This document shows, one piece after another, positions 49,080 to 62,299 of a DNA stretch of 64,000 bases (the stretch's first letter is position 1; the number at the start of each line of letters is the position of its first letter). The position numbers were made by a program, and so were the translations under genes. Origin of the DNA: Takakia lepidozioides (Eukaryota > Plantae > Bryophyta); contig CM060732.1 of the NCBI GenBank assembly GCA_030704615.1, positions 19,158,001 through 19,222,000 on the forward strand, given 5' to 3'. Below the pieces are notes generated by a model, which saw nothing but the letters and a program-made list of their open reading frames with translations, made no database searches and was not told where the DNA came from.

Positions 49080-49790
49080 TACATCGCTGTCCACAACCAC
49101 ACAACGCATGTGCACACCAAACACTAGTCTATCACTAGTCCACACTAGTGTACCACTAGGCTGCCACTAGCCACCACTAGTGCAGCCACTAGACCATCAC
49201 TAGGCTGCCACTAGTCCATCACAATCGAGTGATAAATAAAGAATGATACAAGCACACAAGCTCTCTCAAACTCACACACTTGCACATGAAAACATCACTC
49301 ATATATTAAGTCGAACCAAGTGCACCCCACGCCATGGAGAATCTACACTACGACGCCATAGCTAGACGCGGTGAGGCTCAACTTGAGAAAGATGAGCCCA
49401 CCGCGATCTGCCGTGAAGATAACAACGTCAGGTGCCCAAACATATATTGGTCCCTGGATTGATACTTGGGTCAATCCCAAATGTCAATATATCAAAACTA
49501 ACTATTTCCTAGCTAGTTTCACACTAGTGGTAAATAATTTGACAGCTGTTGTGCGCATACATATCGCTACACAACTACATCGCTGTCCACAACCACACAA
49601 CACATGTGCACACCAAACACTAGTCTATCACTAGTCCACCACTAGGCTGTTATTAGCCACCACTAGTGCATCCACTAATCCACTACTAGGTTGCCACTAG
49701 CCACCACTAATGCAGCCACTAGTCCAACCACTAGGCTGCCACTAGTCACCACTAGGGCAGCCACTAGTCCATCACAATCGCCCTCCTAGC
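49080..49790. repeat. Duplicated segment with CCACTAG-rich minisatellites
   Basis: Direct repeat starting ~49081 and ~49578, each followed by a run of ccactag units. Confidence 0.8.
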
Positions 49791-50404
49791 TGGCGCTTAG
49801 CTCCCTCTAACTCCAGGTAGCCACAAGATGTGATAGTGGCCATAGCTTCACTAAGTCCTCCACCACTGTAGAACCGCACAACACTGGTGCGTACTTACCT
49901 GCTGCAGGTACAAGCCAATTTTGAGGGAAATCAGATGAAAATCCGGAAAATGCCACCGTTGAGACTGGGCCTTTTTTGGGCCCCACACACCAAAATTGTA
50001 AATTGGAATGAGCAATTTGCAGAAATGGGTGACGGGATGATTTCCAAATGAGCTGAAACTGCTCCCCATTCATCTTGATGGGATCTCACATCCATTGCAG
50101 AAAACAAAATGCAATTTGGACAAAAAATGGGCTCCTGACACTTGGTCAAAGCAGAGTGGGTCAAAATTGCATAGTTGAGTGCTCTTTGGAAAAATGGAAT
50201 CCAAACGGCCACCTGCAAGCACGCTCCAACTCGCGCAGAAAGCGGGGGACCCAGATCTCGCAGCAACTCCAGAACCCTAACCCTGATCAGGGAAAATCGT
50301 CCAACGGTTCAGATTAGCCCAGGTGGCTGGGCATAACATATCCAAAATTCAGGAATTTTGGCTAAGATCCTGATAAGTTATTGCAAATTTCCTGATTTGA
50401 AAGG

Positions 50405-50437
50405 CCCAAATCGGGCAACTGGGCGTTTAAGGGTTAA
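50405..50437. mobile_element. Possible piggyBac terminus
   Basis: GGGCGTTTAAGGG followed by TTAA (50434-50437); partner end not found. Confidence 0.4.
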
Positions 50438-51302
50438 AAACAAACTCTTATCCCACCAATCCCACCATGCGTAAAATGTGGTGACACTCACCTCCAAGGG
50501 CTATTGCCTACTATAATTTAGAAGGTGGACACCATGACCAGGAAAAGATGGTTGATGGTTGTGTTGCCCCAACCTCCTTCAATGCTAAAAATGTTGTTGC
50601 AGTAAGGCGATTCGATCCTCGGGGAGGATCGTTCCTTGGCCTTGAAGTAGGCCAAGAAGAGTGCACTGGGAGGAGCTGGAGAGGCTCCACCCTTGGCCGG
50701 GACTTGGAGGAAGTCGGCCGAACTAGCTAGTGGAGAGTAGAGTCAAGTGTGGGGTTTGGTTCTTTGCCATGGGACGCCATGGTACGGAAACAAACTCCTT
50801 GATGTGGGACGCCACAACTTGGATGTTCGTCTCTACAAAATGAACTATTACAGCCAGTATACAAGGTAATAGCCTTTTGGGATGAAGTGACACCATAAGT
50901 TATGATTGTTTTTGACATCTTTTGAAGGAATTTTATTAGGCGGGATCTCTATTTGCCATATCAACGCTCGAAAATTGTGACACAACGGTGGTTGTTGGAC
51001 GAATCAGCCACCTAATAAGCGTTATAGAGTTTTCGGAAACTTTGAGTTTTGAAGAAGGTTTGGGCCGTTTTGGTTATAGTTGTTAGAAACTGTCCGGATT
51101 TGCAACCCTCCACCAAGTACCCACACATTAAATGACTGGCTGACCCAGTTATTCCCATTTGATAAATGGGTTGACATAGCATCCAACATACACCAAATGA
51201 ATTTATTTCATCGAAGTTATAAATTAGTCTTTCGAGTGAGTTGAATCGAAATCATCTCACTCATTGTCATATCACTGTTTAAGGTGCCTAACATCCAATA
51301 GA

Positions 51303-51362
51303 TGGCCCAATGGTTAGGGCACAAGTTGCCTTACAAGCGGCCGCGGGTTCAAAGCCATGTAG
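51303..51362 (+). mobile_element. tRNA-derived SINE-like head
   Basis: A-box-like TGGCCCAATGG and B-box-like GGTTCAAAGCC; no convincing cloverleaf. Confidence 0.4.
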
Positions 51363-51675
51363 GATTTCCTTGCTTTCCTCTTGTTGTGCTTATCAGCTTT
51401 TTTGTCCTGATTGTGAAGCTGAAAGATTGAAGATCTAGGAGAAGATGAGAACAACCTAAGATTTGGAACCAGGTTTGGACATGACCTAAAGTTGCCCACA
51501 CAAGCATGGTGAGAGTTTGCACGCCATTCGCCTATTCTTAGCTAGAGGCTGATGACATATCTTACACATGACATGCATTTTCATTCCTGTGAGGACCCCA
51601 TCATGCCTGATCCACAAGCCTGACTCTGTACTCACGAGTGTAGCACCACAACTGATAAGGATAAAATTCCCACAT

Positions 51676-54420
51676 CTACCGTGATTCAGATGATTTGTCC
51701 CGAAGCCCCAATCTGGAGATCAGAATACAGTATGCATCCCAATCTTTTCGACGCAGATATCGCAGCAACTTTTTTCTTAGTTCAATCATTGCTCCAAGGC
51801 CCCGTCGTGAATGTAGGTCCTGGGTAACATACAGATACATAGGATGGGATGGGATGGTACCGATCCCATGCAAGAAAATGCATTATGGAGAGAGGAAGAG
51901 AGTATGTACTCACTAGACCTGCTTGCTGGAGCCCTTGGACGGAACAGAAAATGGAGAGTGATTACGCTTGGAGCTACACGATCACAACACAATATATTTG
52001 ACAGTTTTTGACCGATAGCCAGTGGGATCAGGCACATACTAGGTGCTCTAGGATTCAAGCAATCATGCAATCAGTCAACAAAGCTCAAGTGGCTCTTGGC
52101 TATGTTTCGAACCAGGCACTGTGTAACTTGGCCAACCACAAAAAGGGGTGTTCCCTTCCAAGTCTCTGGGGCAGTGGCACTGAGGAGTACCACCTCCTGA
52201 CAGGAAGAGGTATCCTCAGTGAGCATGGCGGCACCCATCAGGTAAAGACTAGGAACGGAGCACTCTTAAGAGCAACATACCAGAGAGTAACATACCTTTT
52301 TGTGAGATTTCATGTGTTCAGCCATGTATTTGATCCTTGCTGTCAGCAGCGCAACTGCATGCAGTAAATTAAACCACCTGTCAAGACTCTATTGGTGGCC
52401 AACAGGTCTCTTAACCCCCTCTTTCCTCTCTGACAAAAGAAGACTACAGCAAAGAAAGCTCCGTGCGCAAATCTTTCTCCCTCTGATGTCCTTCTCTAAG
52501 AGTCATGGCCCTCTTAATAAAGAATCCAACATGACTCTTTGGCCCCTTTCCATACCTCTCTCTCCTCGTCCCGGGTTTAACTAACCGAAAAATTGCTTCT
52601 TTTATGATGTCTTTGGCACTATGACAACCTTGTCACAACCTTGTCAGGCTTCATGATATTAGACGCAGAAATATAAGGATGGACATACTTTGAACTTGAC
52701 AAGAACCACAATCACCCTCGTGGATGCGAAAGTCTTCTCTCACTTTCTGCAGGTCCAACTTGTGGCGCTCCATTGCAGTCAAATTTTCTTGACTGTAATA
52801 CTGCCAAAAGGAATACAACACAAAGTTCTTCCAAGATTTGAAAGCATCCCAAGATATTTACAAAGCTTTGCCTAGCTAGACAGCCCACTGAAATGCAAAC
52901 TCTTGTACAAGTAGGTATTATACAACACAAGAGGGACTTTTGTGCAACCCTTGAGATCAAATGCATCTAATCTGAAGTTCTTTGTTAACTGTACCTTCTC
53001 AAGGAGGTCTTCCTTAGGGGGTAAGAACATGAAGCCTGGCCCCTGGTTGCTGTCTCCCAGTCTGCTCAGCTGCGCTAGTTTTTGCACTGCACTTCAGCAC
53101 ACATCATCATTAAGCTCTTTCTTTCCCAACTACAAATCTGCCTTTGGCGCTTAATCACTTAGATTCTCACTGAAGGATGATATTTTAAACTTGACACTAG
53201 ATCTCTCCTCTGTCTCATAATACCCTGCCAACATATAATGAAGCAACTGTATTCTGGATACAATAGGTCTGTCCCATGCCTGTTGCCTCCAAAGTTCTGT
53301 TTGCTCCATAATCTTCTAGTGCCTTGTGCGTAACTCAAAGCTTTGAACACAAAACTTGGCCAGATTAATCCACCTGGGATAGGACTTTATCACTATGTCG
53401 TGCAAATCAGGATCCTACCAATGCCACTCACACATCATATGCACATGTTTACTTGATAAATTCTACCTAACCACATACAACAGAGAGGTTACATACGTGG
53501 TGATTGAAGTCGTGAAGCAGAGTCGGCCCCGGGCGTTCGTAAGCCGGCATCTCTGCCTTTCAGGCCTCGCATGGTCAACTGCGCGAGGTAGCTGCTGCCA
53601 GTGCCCTGCTGTGAGGCCCCCTGCCCGCTAGTTGCTGATGACTGCTAACACATCCCATATTAACAAAGTTCAGAACAGTGGTCAGTGGAAATGAAACTCG
53701 AACAAAACCAGGAAACAATGCTTGGGACCTGAACCACAGAAGAAAAGCGTGGCGGGGGTGGGTACCGTGATCAATCCACCACTTTGACCAACTCACTAAC
53801 CAGAGGTAACCATATAGAGGTAACATTAGCAACTGATGTTATCTTAAAACCAAACATCCGTGCATTTCCACAGCAAAACCTCCCTGGCAGATGCTGCAAA
53901 GGAGTTCGGCTATCCACTGCTCCCAAATTCCATGCCAAGATAATGTCCGACCCGTGTCAATGTTGGCTGCAACGTACCCTTCTACTCACTCTCTCGGAGC
54001 TGACCGTGGAGTTCCCACCAACAATGGTACCAAAGTCGGCCCAACATTGACATAGACCTTGTGAACAGTAGTAGATCACAAGAAAACACGAGGTAAGGGC
54101 TGGGCTTGAAATGATGATGACAAGCACATTGCAGATTTCGCCCTCTAGCTGAGTACTAGATAAAGCAGTAGCAGTCGAAGTATGGACTTTGTTGTCCCTA
54201 CCTCTTGCCCCCTCCGCCCTCGCATTTCTGATAGAATTTTGCTGGCAAAGTCTTCACCCCCACCCTGATTCGACGGAGGATCGGGACTGCATGAAGCCGC
54301 TTGTGTGCCAATCGAACTCCTACTACCACCACCATGGAGACTTCCCACCATATCCCTCGCCCAGCTATTGTTTTCCAAGATGGTAGACATTACTCGTCTA
54401 CATTTCAGCCTGGACGCCAT
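51676..54420 (-). CDS. RPS15: Nuclear-encoded organellar (probably mitochondrial) ribosomal protein S15 / uS15 family protein, ~257 aa, 6 exons
   Basis: Exons 54202-54420, 53497-53644, 52995-53086, 52689-52800, 52296-52354, 51676-51819 have GT-AG ends and consistent phase (774 nt); C-terminus [47 protein letters not shown]...[16 protein letters not shown]; N-terminus resembles a targeting peptide. Confidence 0.9.
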
Positions 54421-56539
54421 TGCTCCCACAAGCTCTTCGTACCAAAAACCACAAAATGCTTTTCTCTCACTGTAGAATACAATTGGCTGGAGAGGCTTCT
54501 TAGAGTAGAATACAATTTGAACAGGGAGACAGAGACATAGGTGTTACGAGAGTGAGAGAATGAGAGAGACAGATATGGCCCACCACAAAACCCTGAACCC
54601 TCCTCTCCTGCAAATATGAGACGTATACGTATGCGTCCATGTACGAAGTACAAATTAACGTTATAGCTGGTACCAAGGTACTCCCATAAAGCGGACAAAT
54701 TGTAGTTATACGAGTATTTACAGGAGTGCAGATTCCAAATGTACGTCTTTTAGGGTTCGGAGATATGATTCCCTCCCGTGTGGAATGCTTGGTCTTCCTC
54801 TCGTTGGGATTGGAGTGCTTTCTGCGGAAGAATTGCATTGAACACAGCGATGACGACATTGGTCGAGACGTCGGTAGTATCTCCCTCTAAGCAAGTCCGT
54901 CCACAATCTTTAAGGAAGCTTTAATTCAGATTTTCACTGACCTAAGTAAGGAATTCATATTGGTATATGTTCTTAGCAGGGCCGGAAACACAGTGAAAGT
55001 ATTGTTGATGTCAAACCGATCCGGTAATCACGGTAGCAAGAATTGCGGGGCAAGCTTGCATTCTGGAAGGTGAGGACTGCTGCATCTTCCATTGAAAAGG
55101 TCACTGTTTTTAAATGTATTAACTAGTGCTTACATGAGGCCTGGTCAACGATGTTTTTGTTGTCTTCTCCATTTTGTGTTTTGCTCCGATTTTATTTTCT
55201 TCGAAGTATCCTCCAGCATACATTTTTGCAAAGGCTACCACTTTGTTTTGAGATACTGAATTGGGGATTACTGGCTCTGCCGGGATATTTGAACGCGCAG
55301 GACCACATAAACCATGTTTCCAGAATTGTGGCCAATGCGAAGGCATCTCAAGGTGGCCTGCCGCGAGGGCTGCAGACAGCAGTCCATTAGCTTTTGCTCT
55401 CTGTAGTTGTAGCTTCCTGCTAAGTAGGTCTCACTGTGCTCACTGAGTTGAACTTAAGATTCCTCATGATTGAGGATATGGGTAGCTTGCGGTTTATCCA
55501 GGTGCTATCACGGCTTTGGGATTATTGTTTCTTCGTTACAGAATATGCATCGCGTGAGAGGGTGATTGCATCTTTGTGTTTCAGCCATTGTTGGTGTTCT
55601 CTTGAACTCGAAAGTTTCCGAACTGTAATTTGTATACCGTATCATGTTCTGAGTAAGAAAGTCACAGGGCATGGGAGAGCTTGGGAGATTTGGCATTTGC
55701 TGGAGGGCCTTTCCTTCCTGGACCTTCATTGGGCACAGTAATAAGGGGTGAGTAGCCCCTGGCTTTTGCTGTTCAATAATAGGTGGCTCATTCATGCATG
55801 ACATCTCAACCCTGTAAGATTGTTGGATGGAAAATCTAATGTGGCCAAACGGAAAAGCGAGAAGAAAGAGTTGTGTTTGCTACATGATCTTCGAAACTTT
55901 GGAAAGGTGCCGAAGGGTCCTCACCCTTGGAACCCACCTATGCAGATGGATACTTTCCTAAATAATAGAAGCACCCCTTCACCCTGATGGGTCACAATCT
56001 CCCTCACTCCTAAAACTTTTCTCTTGACCTCATCTTTCTGGAACACTCCCTTGATTATGGCCCCCTCCATCTATCTCCCCTTACCAATATCCCAATCTCA
56101 AGAGTACTACTCATTTCCATCTCTTCTGTGATCATTCCCTGAGCACAGCAAGGTGGCTGTGCTCAGGGAGTTAGCCATAAGATAGTTGTTTGAGTTTTCC
56201 GATGGAGTCTTATGGTTCTTTCTCTTTTCCTGACGAAGATGAAGATGAAGCCTGATCTTGTTAAGGTTTCTGATGAGCAATTTTGCACAATGTTGGGAGT
56301 ACAAGACAAGATGTGATCCTCTTTATCATAACATTCCCATATGTGAGGTCTTCTTGTCTCAATTCACTTGGCAAGCTTCATGCGATGCTATGTTGTCCTG
56401 AAATTTCAATTGAGATACTTTGTTGAAAACACTGCCTGACAGCTTTCCGTGGTTTTTGACAAGATCAATGAGCAGCGCGGCCATCTTCACAAACGATTTA
56501 TAGAAAACACAGTTTGTAACAAGAAGATGGACTTGTGAT

Positions 56540-57745
56540 ATGGCACGCCCACAATCAATTGACCACGAGAACCTTCAATTGATGGACCGCTTGCATACAA
56601 TGTCATCTGAGATCGCTAATCTCAAGACAAGTCTCAATTCAAGGGAAAACCTGCAAGAGGACCTGCATAGAGCTCTAGAAGATTGCGCATTGCTTGAGAT
56701 CTCAATGCGTGGCGACATGCAAACCCAGAAGATTCATAGAGAAGAGCTTGAATATGACATTGATGAATTGCAGAGGAGATTAGAGCTTAAGAATGTCAAG
56801 GACGCTGTAGCAGATAAATTGAGTACACAGGACGTAGACGGTTGGGAGCAGGCCGTGACTGAAATGCGTATGGAGCTTGCCGAGAAAACCAGTCAAATTG
56901 ATTCCTATGAGTCTGCTCTGAAATCGACTGTGGGTAGGCTCGAGGATGTAACAGATGAGTCCCACAACAGACTGAACAATGCGTTTGAGATTGCGAGGTC
57001 TTTACGGGCTCTTTTGGACGAGAACAGCAGTAAATACTCGTCTCTTGAAATGAGTTTTAAATTACGAGAGTTAGAGCTGACTAAGGCACAAGATGCGCTT
57101 ACAAAGGCCAACTGCTTATTGTCTCAAACTTTGGGTGAGCGAGAGCAGCGGATCACACAACTAGAAGGCATGCTCGACAGCAAAGACAACAGAATGATGA
57201 CTCAACAACAGCTGCATGACATGGAGTTAGCCATGGATCTCAAGAATAGTCGTATCCAAAAACTTGAGAGTGAGATGAAGCTCATGCGAATGGAGCATTT
57301 AAATTCTAGCAAGTCCAAGGTATCCATACGAAACTTGAGTCCTCCCCGGATAGTAGTCTTGGAGAGACTACAACCGTCATCCCAGGGAGGATTACTTAAT
57401 TGCTCGGAGCCAGCTCCACTTAGCAATTCGAAACGGGATGCTTATACCGCCCAACCGAAAGACTGTTTACGAAAAACAGTTATATCTGATCCAGAGGGTG
57501 GTTCAGACTATTCCGACGTAGCAAATGCTAGACACCGAACAATCATGGCGCATATCGGTGCCCTCAAGTACTTAAAATCAGAGATCCAATCAACTGTAGA
57601 AAAAATAGCTTCAAGTAGCAACATCGACTCACTACCAGATTCTAGTAATGATAATGCGCACTTCGAGACCTACCCTAGGGACGGTGATGTACCTCAAGTG
57701 TCGACAACAAGAGGAATTGTTCACATACGAAAACTTAGTAGATGA
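56540..57745 (+). CDS. 401-aa coiled-coil protein, function unknown
   Basis: Long uninterrupted ORF with heptad-rich L/E/K composition over about the first 250 aa. Confidence 0.6.
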   Translation: MARPQSIDHENLQLMDRLHTMSSEIANLKTSLNSRENLQEDLHRALEDCALLEISMRGDMQTQKIHREELEYDIDELQRRLELKNVKDAVADKLSTQDVDGWEQAVTEMRMELAEKTSQIDSYESALKSTVGRLEDVTDESHNRLNNAFEIARSLRALLDENSSKYSSLEMSFKLRELELTKAQDALTKANCLLSQTLGEREQRITQLEGMLDSKDNRMMTQQQLHDMELAMDLKNSRIQKLESEMKLMRMEHLNSSKSKVSIRNLSPPRIVVLERLQPSSQGGLLNCSEPAPLSNSKRDAYTAQPKDCLRKTVISDPEGGSDYSDVANARHRTIMAHIGALKYLKSEIQSTVEKIASSSNIDSLPDSSNDNAHFETYPRDGDVPQVSTTRGIVHIRKLSR

Positions 57746-58799
57746 GCCAGAAACTGGTGAATTGAGAAATGCTCGACACCTTGATCGGAGGGACTCAAGA
57801 ACAAGATATGGATTCGATAAATAAAAAAAGTTCGTCACATATCAATAACATGTGTCTCAATATTTGGGAGTTATGTTCTCGAGTAAAGGATGATCAGAAG
57901 AAAGTATGTTTTGGAATAATCTATATTACAAGCAAATTGATCGGCAGACTAGAAAGATCCCTCACCTCCCCACCATAGAAGACACCTACTTAGATGTGCT
58001 TCACCCAGAGCTCACTGAATGGGTTCTGAGCACTATCTTTCTTTGACTTAAATTGAAAGTTCCTTTAAAGGCAGCCGATGAACTCAATAGGCTACATAGC
58101 AGCATAAGACTGTAAAGCATGGATTTCCTAAAGGGTGCTCTATTCTTAGTGCTGTGTTTGACAGGACTGGGCTACTGAATTCTAGGTTATTAAAGAAGCG
58201 ATCAACATGACAGTGGGACTGGCGATTGTAACTTTGTGCCGCCCATGGTGGCACCAAGTTATGTGAATTGAGAATGCAATATGGATTTGGTATATAAAAC
58301 CTCAGTCAATTCATTAGCGGGATCAATTCTCAGTCACGAATGATGATCTTGAGCGGTTTTGGAGGATATTCAGAGTATCGGTTCCTCATTTTCATACATT
58401 TGCAGTCTTTGTCTCTCAATATTTGGTAAGAGACTCTTCCCCGACTCTTCACCTCATGAGGGTCAAGTGAGATGAGGGTTAAGTGAGAGGCATAAATCTC
58501 TATGTGGCCCTCACACTTCGAAAGAGGGGGAAGTGAAGATTTGTAAAAATGATTGTTGGCGAGATATTTGGTGTAGCAGATTCCACAACATCAAAATTTG
58601 TGCCCGGCATTTTACCAAGGTACAGGGGCATAGGGTACAATGATGCGCTCCATGTTTCATAGAGGGTGCACATTCATGGGAAGCACACATTGCAAATTAT
58701 CAGTAAATCCAACAAACAACCAAAATCTTTGCTCAATGTTGAATCACACTCCAAAGTAGCAATTGCAAAATAGATTGAGGAAGGTCTGAAATTTGATAA

Positions 58800-59465
58800 T
58801 TCTAATCCAAACACAGCTATATTGGGAGGCCAACAATGACTTCTTCAATTGTCCATCCATAATGCGGATTATGTCTCGCAACAAGTGGGAGGCAATTCTG
58901 AGATGTTTTCACCTTGTTGACAATAGGGAAGTGGCAACCCATCACAATGATCCTGCCTTTGATAAAGTTTACTGGCTCTTAGATGTGCAGAACAGTTTGT
59001 ATGCCGATTAGTACATGCGTCCCGAGAAAAACCTGGGTATTAAATGATGGTCAAATATAAGGAGATGTACATGAGCGCGAAGCCGGTGAAGTGGGGCATC
59101 AAAATATGGTGCTTGGCTAGTGCTGGATTAAGGTATGTTAAGAAAAGGGAGGTCTACCTTGGGAAGGATGAGGAGACTGATTTGACCCATGGATCTGGAT
59201 ATTCTGTAGTCACTAGGTTGCTGAATAGATTTGAGGGCAAGGGCCATGTGGTTACTATGGACAACTTCCTCAGCAGCCATGTCATCTTCTATGACCTTGC
59301 AGGAAAAAGAATCCACGCCATTGGCATTCTGAAACAGTGCAGGCTTCCCTTCCAGCCTGGATTTAGGTGAAAATGGTGTGAGGGGAACCTGGAATTTCGC
59401 ATGCACATTTCTGGAGGGCTGCTATTTGTTGGATGGACAACAAACCAATGACTTTGCTCAGTAAT
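58800..59465 (+). pseudogene. piggyBac (PGBD-type) transposase relic
   Basis: IMSRNKWEAILRCFHLVDN, YMSAKPVKWGIKIWCLA, EVYLGK, GHVVTMDNFLSS, WMDNKPMTLLS. Confidence 0.88.
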
Positions 59466-60787
59466 GTTGTTTCCCGTGTGGCTGCTGATTGTTATTGAGG
59501 GAATCTTGTAGAGTTGAGTCGAAATGTTATTGAAGTTGTAGTCAGCTCAGTTATATGTTCTAGAGACTTGCATAATAAATTCCATTTGATTTCTACATTG
59601 TACCTGAGTCTCTTTGGTTTTTCTCTGATAAATTTATCTCACACATTGACATAATTTATTGAAGAAAAGTGCTATGTTAGATACTATTGTCATGGAAGAA
59701 TACGGCCCACTTCTCATTGGGTACCTCTTAAATTTTTGGTGGGTTGCAACATTTTATTTTATCACTGGGAGCAACCGCTCACAAATCAGGCCCATTATAT
59801 TTTAGGTCTATATTGATTTAATGATGGTTCATGTTCCTGTTTGGGTTTCTATGGGGCCTACACATAGCCAAAGCCCACCGAACCTCTAATTCATACTATC
59901 GGTAGAGCGCATACAGATATAGTAGGTAATGAGATAAGGGACCAGATGGCTCAACTTGGATCCATTCAACATGTTGCCAACCCCCTCTAATGACTTAACC
60001 ACATCAACCAAGGCTAGATTCCTAGCCATAAAAAACCACACGAGACCTACATACATACATTGAGAAACCAAAGAGCTAATCCTAACATCCCACACCTACA
60101 CAAACTCCTACATATCCAAGTGGGTCTCCTTCACCCCCCAAGTGGGTCTCCTTCACTCCCCACATCTCCTAGAGAGTATGTCCAACCACTTTTGGACATT
60201 CTCAATAGTTACCAATGCGCATTCCTCCCATGCACATGCCTCGACTACCTTTGTCGCTACCTAGCAAGACTCCGCTGGGATTTCTTATTTGTCAGTAGAC
60301 TCCATATCTTTGCAAAAACACCACCAAGACCACTCCCATCCCTCACCATTCATATTCTAGAATTTACATTCTGCCATGATACGTATCCACACCGATCCAT
60401 TATTAATAAACATGAAAAAAACGACCGGTCCATACTGGCCCTTCATCAACATGGATGGAGCATGGCCCCCCAAGATTGGATGTTACCCTATCTCTTTGAT
60501 GTAGACCTCTTATGGCTGTCTCTTTAATATGATTTATTGGGCCTCTATCCCCTTTTGGTTTGAATTTCGTTTTAAGAAGAAAACAACTACAACAACAGGG
60601 AGCTCAATTGGATAGAGCCTTGAGGTGATTTTGGATTCAGATCCTGCTACTTGGCGGGTGTGGCTCCGGTTTTCTTTGTTTAGGCCGTTCGTGTTCCAAC
60701 TTTTAAACATGGAGATGGGTTCTTTTTTTTTTTCTTTTTAAATTTATTTAGTCCTACTCTTTTTTATTTTTTACCTCTTATAACAGG

Positions 60788-61611
60788 AAGGTGGACACCT
60801 TCATGACACACCAGACGGTGGTTTGAACCCACAACCACATCCAACGTGGTATGTGCCCATTACCATGGGCTACATGCTGGTTGTCATGGGTTCTCATTAC
60901 CATTTAGTTGCTGAAAAAAAGACGTCGGTTCCTAGTCTATTTCTAAGATATATTTAATTGCTTTTAATCATTTAAAAACATTTGATCAATCTGAAAAAAT
61001 CGAAAACCCCTCACAGATTAGATCAGCTAAAAATAGTTTTCATAAATACAACAAATGCACTAAACAAACTGTTAAATTGTTAAAGAATCTAAACTAAATT
61101 GTGTAACTCAAGGCTACAAATATCATTGAGTTATCTATAGAATTTATAATGATTAATGAAATCATGTCGTGTGAAGATTGAATCCAGATCACATGTAAAA
61201 ATGACCCACGTAAAAGAGGTTTTCCTCAAACCGATTCAAAACCCCCATTCCCCGGGGTGGCCACAGCAGGAAGGAGTTCCAATTTTGCCCTCATCTATCT
61301 ACACAATTCCGCTTACGGTCCCAGTTCTCCTCGGGCGGGTCCAGTCCATGAGGTTTTCCTCAAACCGATTCAAAACCCCCAGTCCCGGGGGTGGCCACAA
61401 CATGAACCCCCAATTCCAATTTTGCCCTCACCTAACTACAGAGTTCCGCTTACGGTTCCAGTTCTGCACAGGCGGGTCCAGTCCACTGTCCATGTGTAGT
61501 TCTTCACCAGCCGACAACCAACATGTAGCCCAGTGGTAATGGGCACATACCACGTTGGATGTGGTTGTGGGTTCAAACCACGGTCTGGGGTGTCATGAAG
61601 GTGTCCACCTT
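60788..61611. mobile_element. Foldback/MITE-like element with ~98-bp tRNA-like terminal inverted repeats
   Basis: 60788-60885 is the near-identical reverse complement of 61513-61611; each arm has TAGCCCA-TGG and GGTTCAAACC boxes. Confidence 0.75.
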
Positions 61612-62299
61612 TCAGCTGAAGGCAGTAGCCCTTGTGGTGAAGAGACATCATAAGTTACGCTCCCTTGGGGAGGCGTCATATATATATATATATATATCCA
61701 CCAGCTTTTTTTTTTTCATTTCTACATAGGCGTGGAGGTGACTACAAAATATTGGGGATAAGTGCAAAGGTGACAACTTTTAGAATGTCCACTTGGATCC
61801 TACTTGGCTACATGTTTGCTGAGCTACGTCTGTACAATATGGCAATAATTTCATAGCATGTATATTGCACGGGCAAACACATCTGGAAATGGGGGCAGAA
61901 ATAGGTGGCTCTAGAGCCCATGTATTGTTGAAAATTGGCTATGATGAAAACGCCAACGTTTGTTAATTGTTGTGCATAGTGCATGTGTCAGCACCATGCC
62001 GCAATCCAATTTATTAACCATGTTTATCACCATCTGTACTCCATGCACGGTTTTCCTAGCCAAGGGTTTTGTCCTCGACCCAATTTGCAGGTGCCAAGTT
62101 TTCCCTTGGTAGGTTTTTCACCAGCAGCGGAGTGTGATATTATCCCAATATTTACTTATTATTTATTTTTCCTTCGGAGCTCAGGATTTTTCGCGAAGGG
62201 TAGCTACAAAAGCTGTCAGGAACCTTCCTAGTAATCTGGAGGTCGTCACGTTGGTTGGTTCACTAATTCCAAATTCCAACATGAGAGCATTAGAGTCCT

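Noticed and set aside
49120-49770. CACTAG runs as CACTA termini
   Set aside because: They are units of a short tandem repeat.
51303-51362. Functional tRNA gene (also 60598 and 61525)
   Set aside because: A and B boxes are present but there is no complete cloverleaf or acceptor stem.
53311-53324. CTTCTAGTG followed by CCT as the right end of the CACTA starting at 25854 (9-bp TIR match and matching TSD)
   Set aside because: It lies in an intron of the intact RPS15 gene, has no subterminal repeats, and the interrupted LTR sequence does not resume after it; treated as coincidence.
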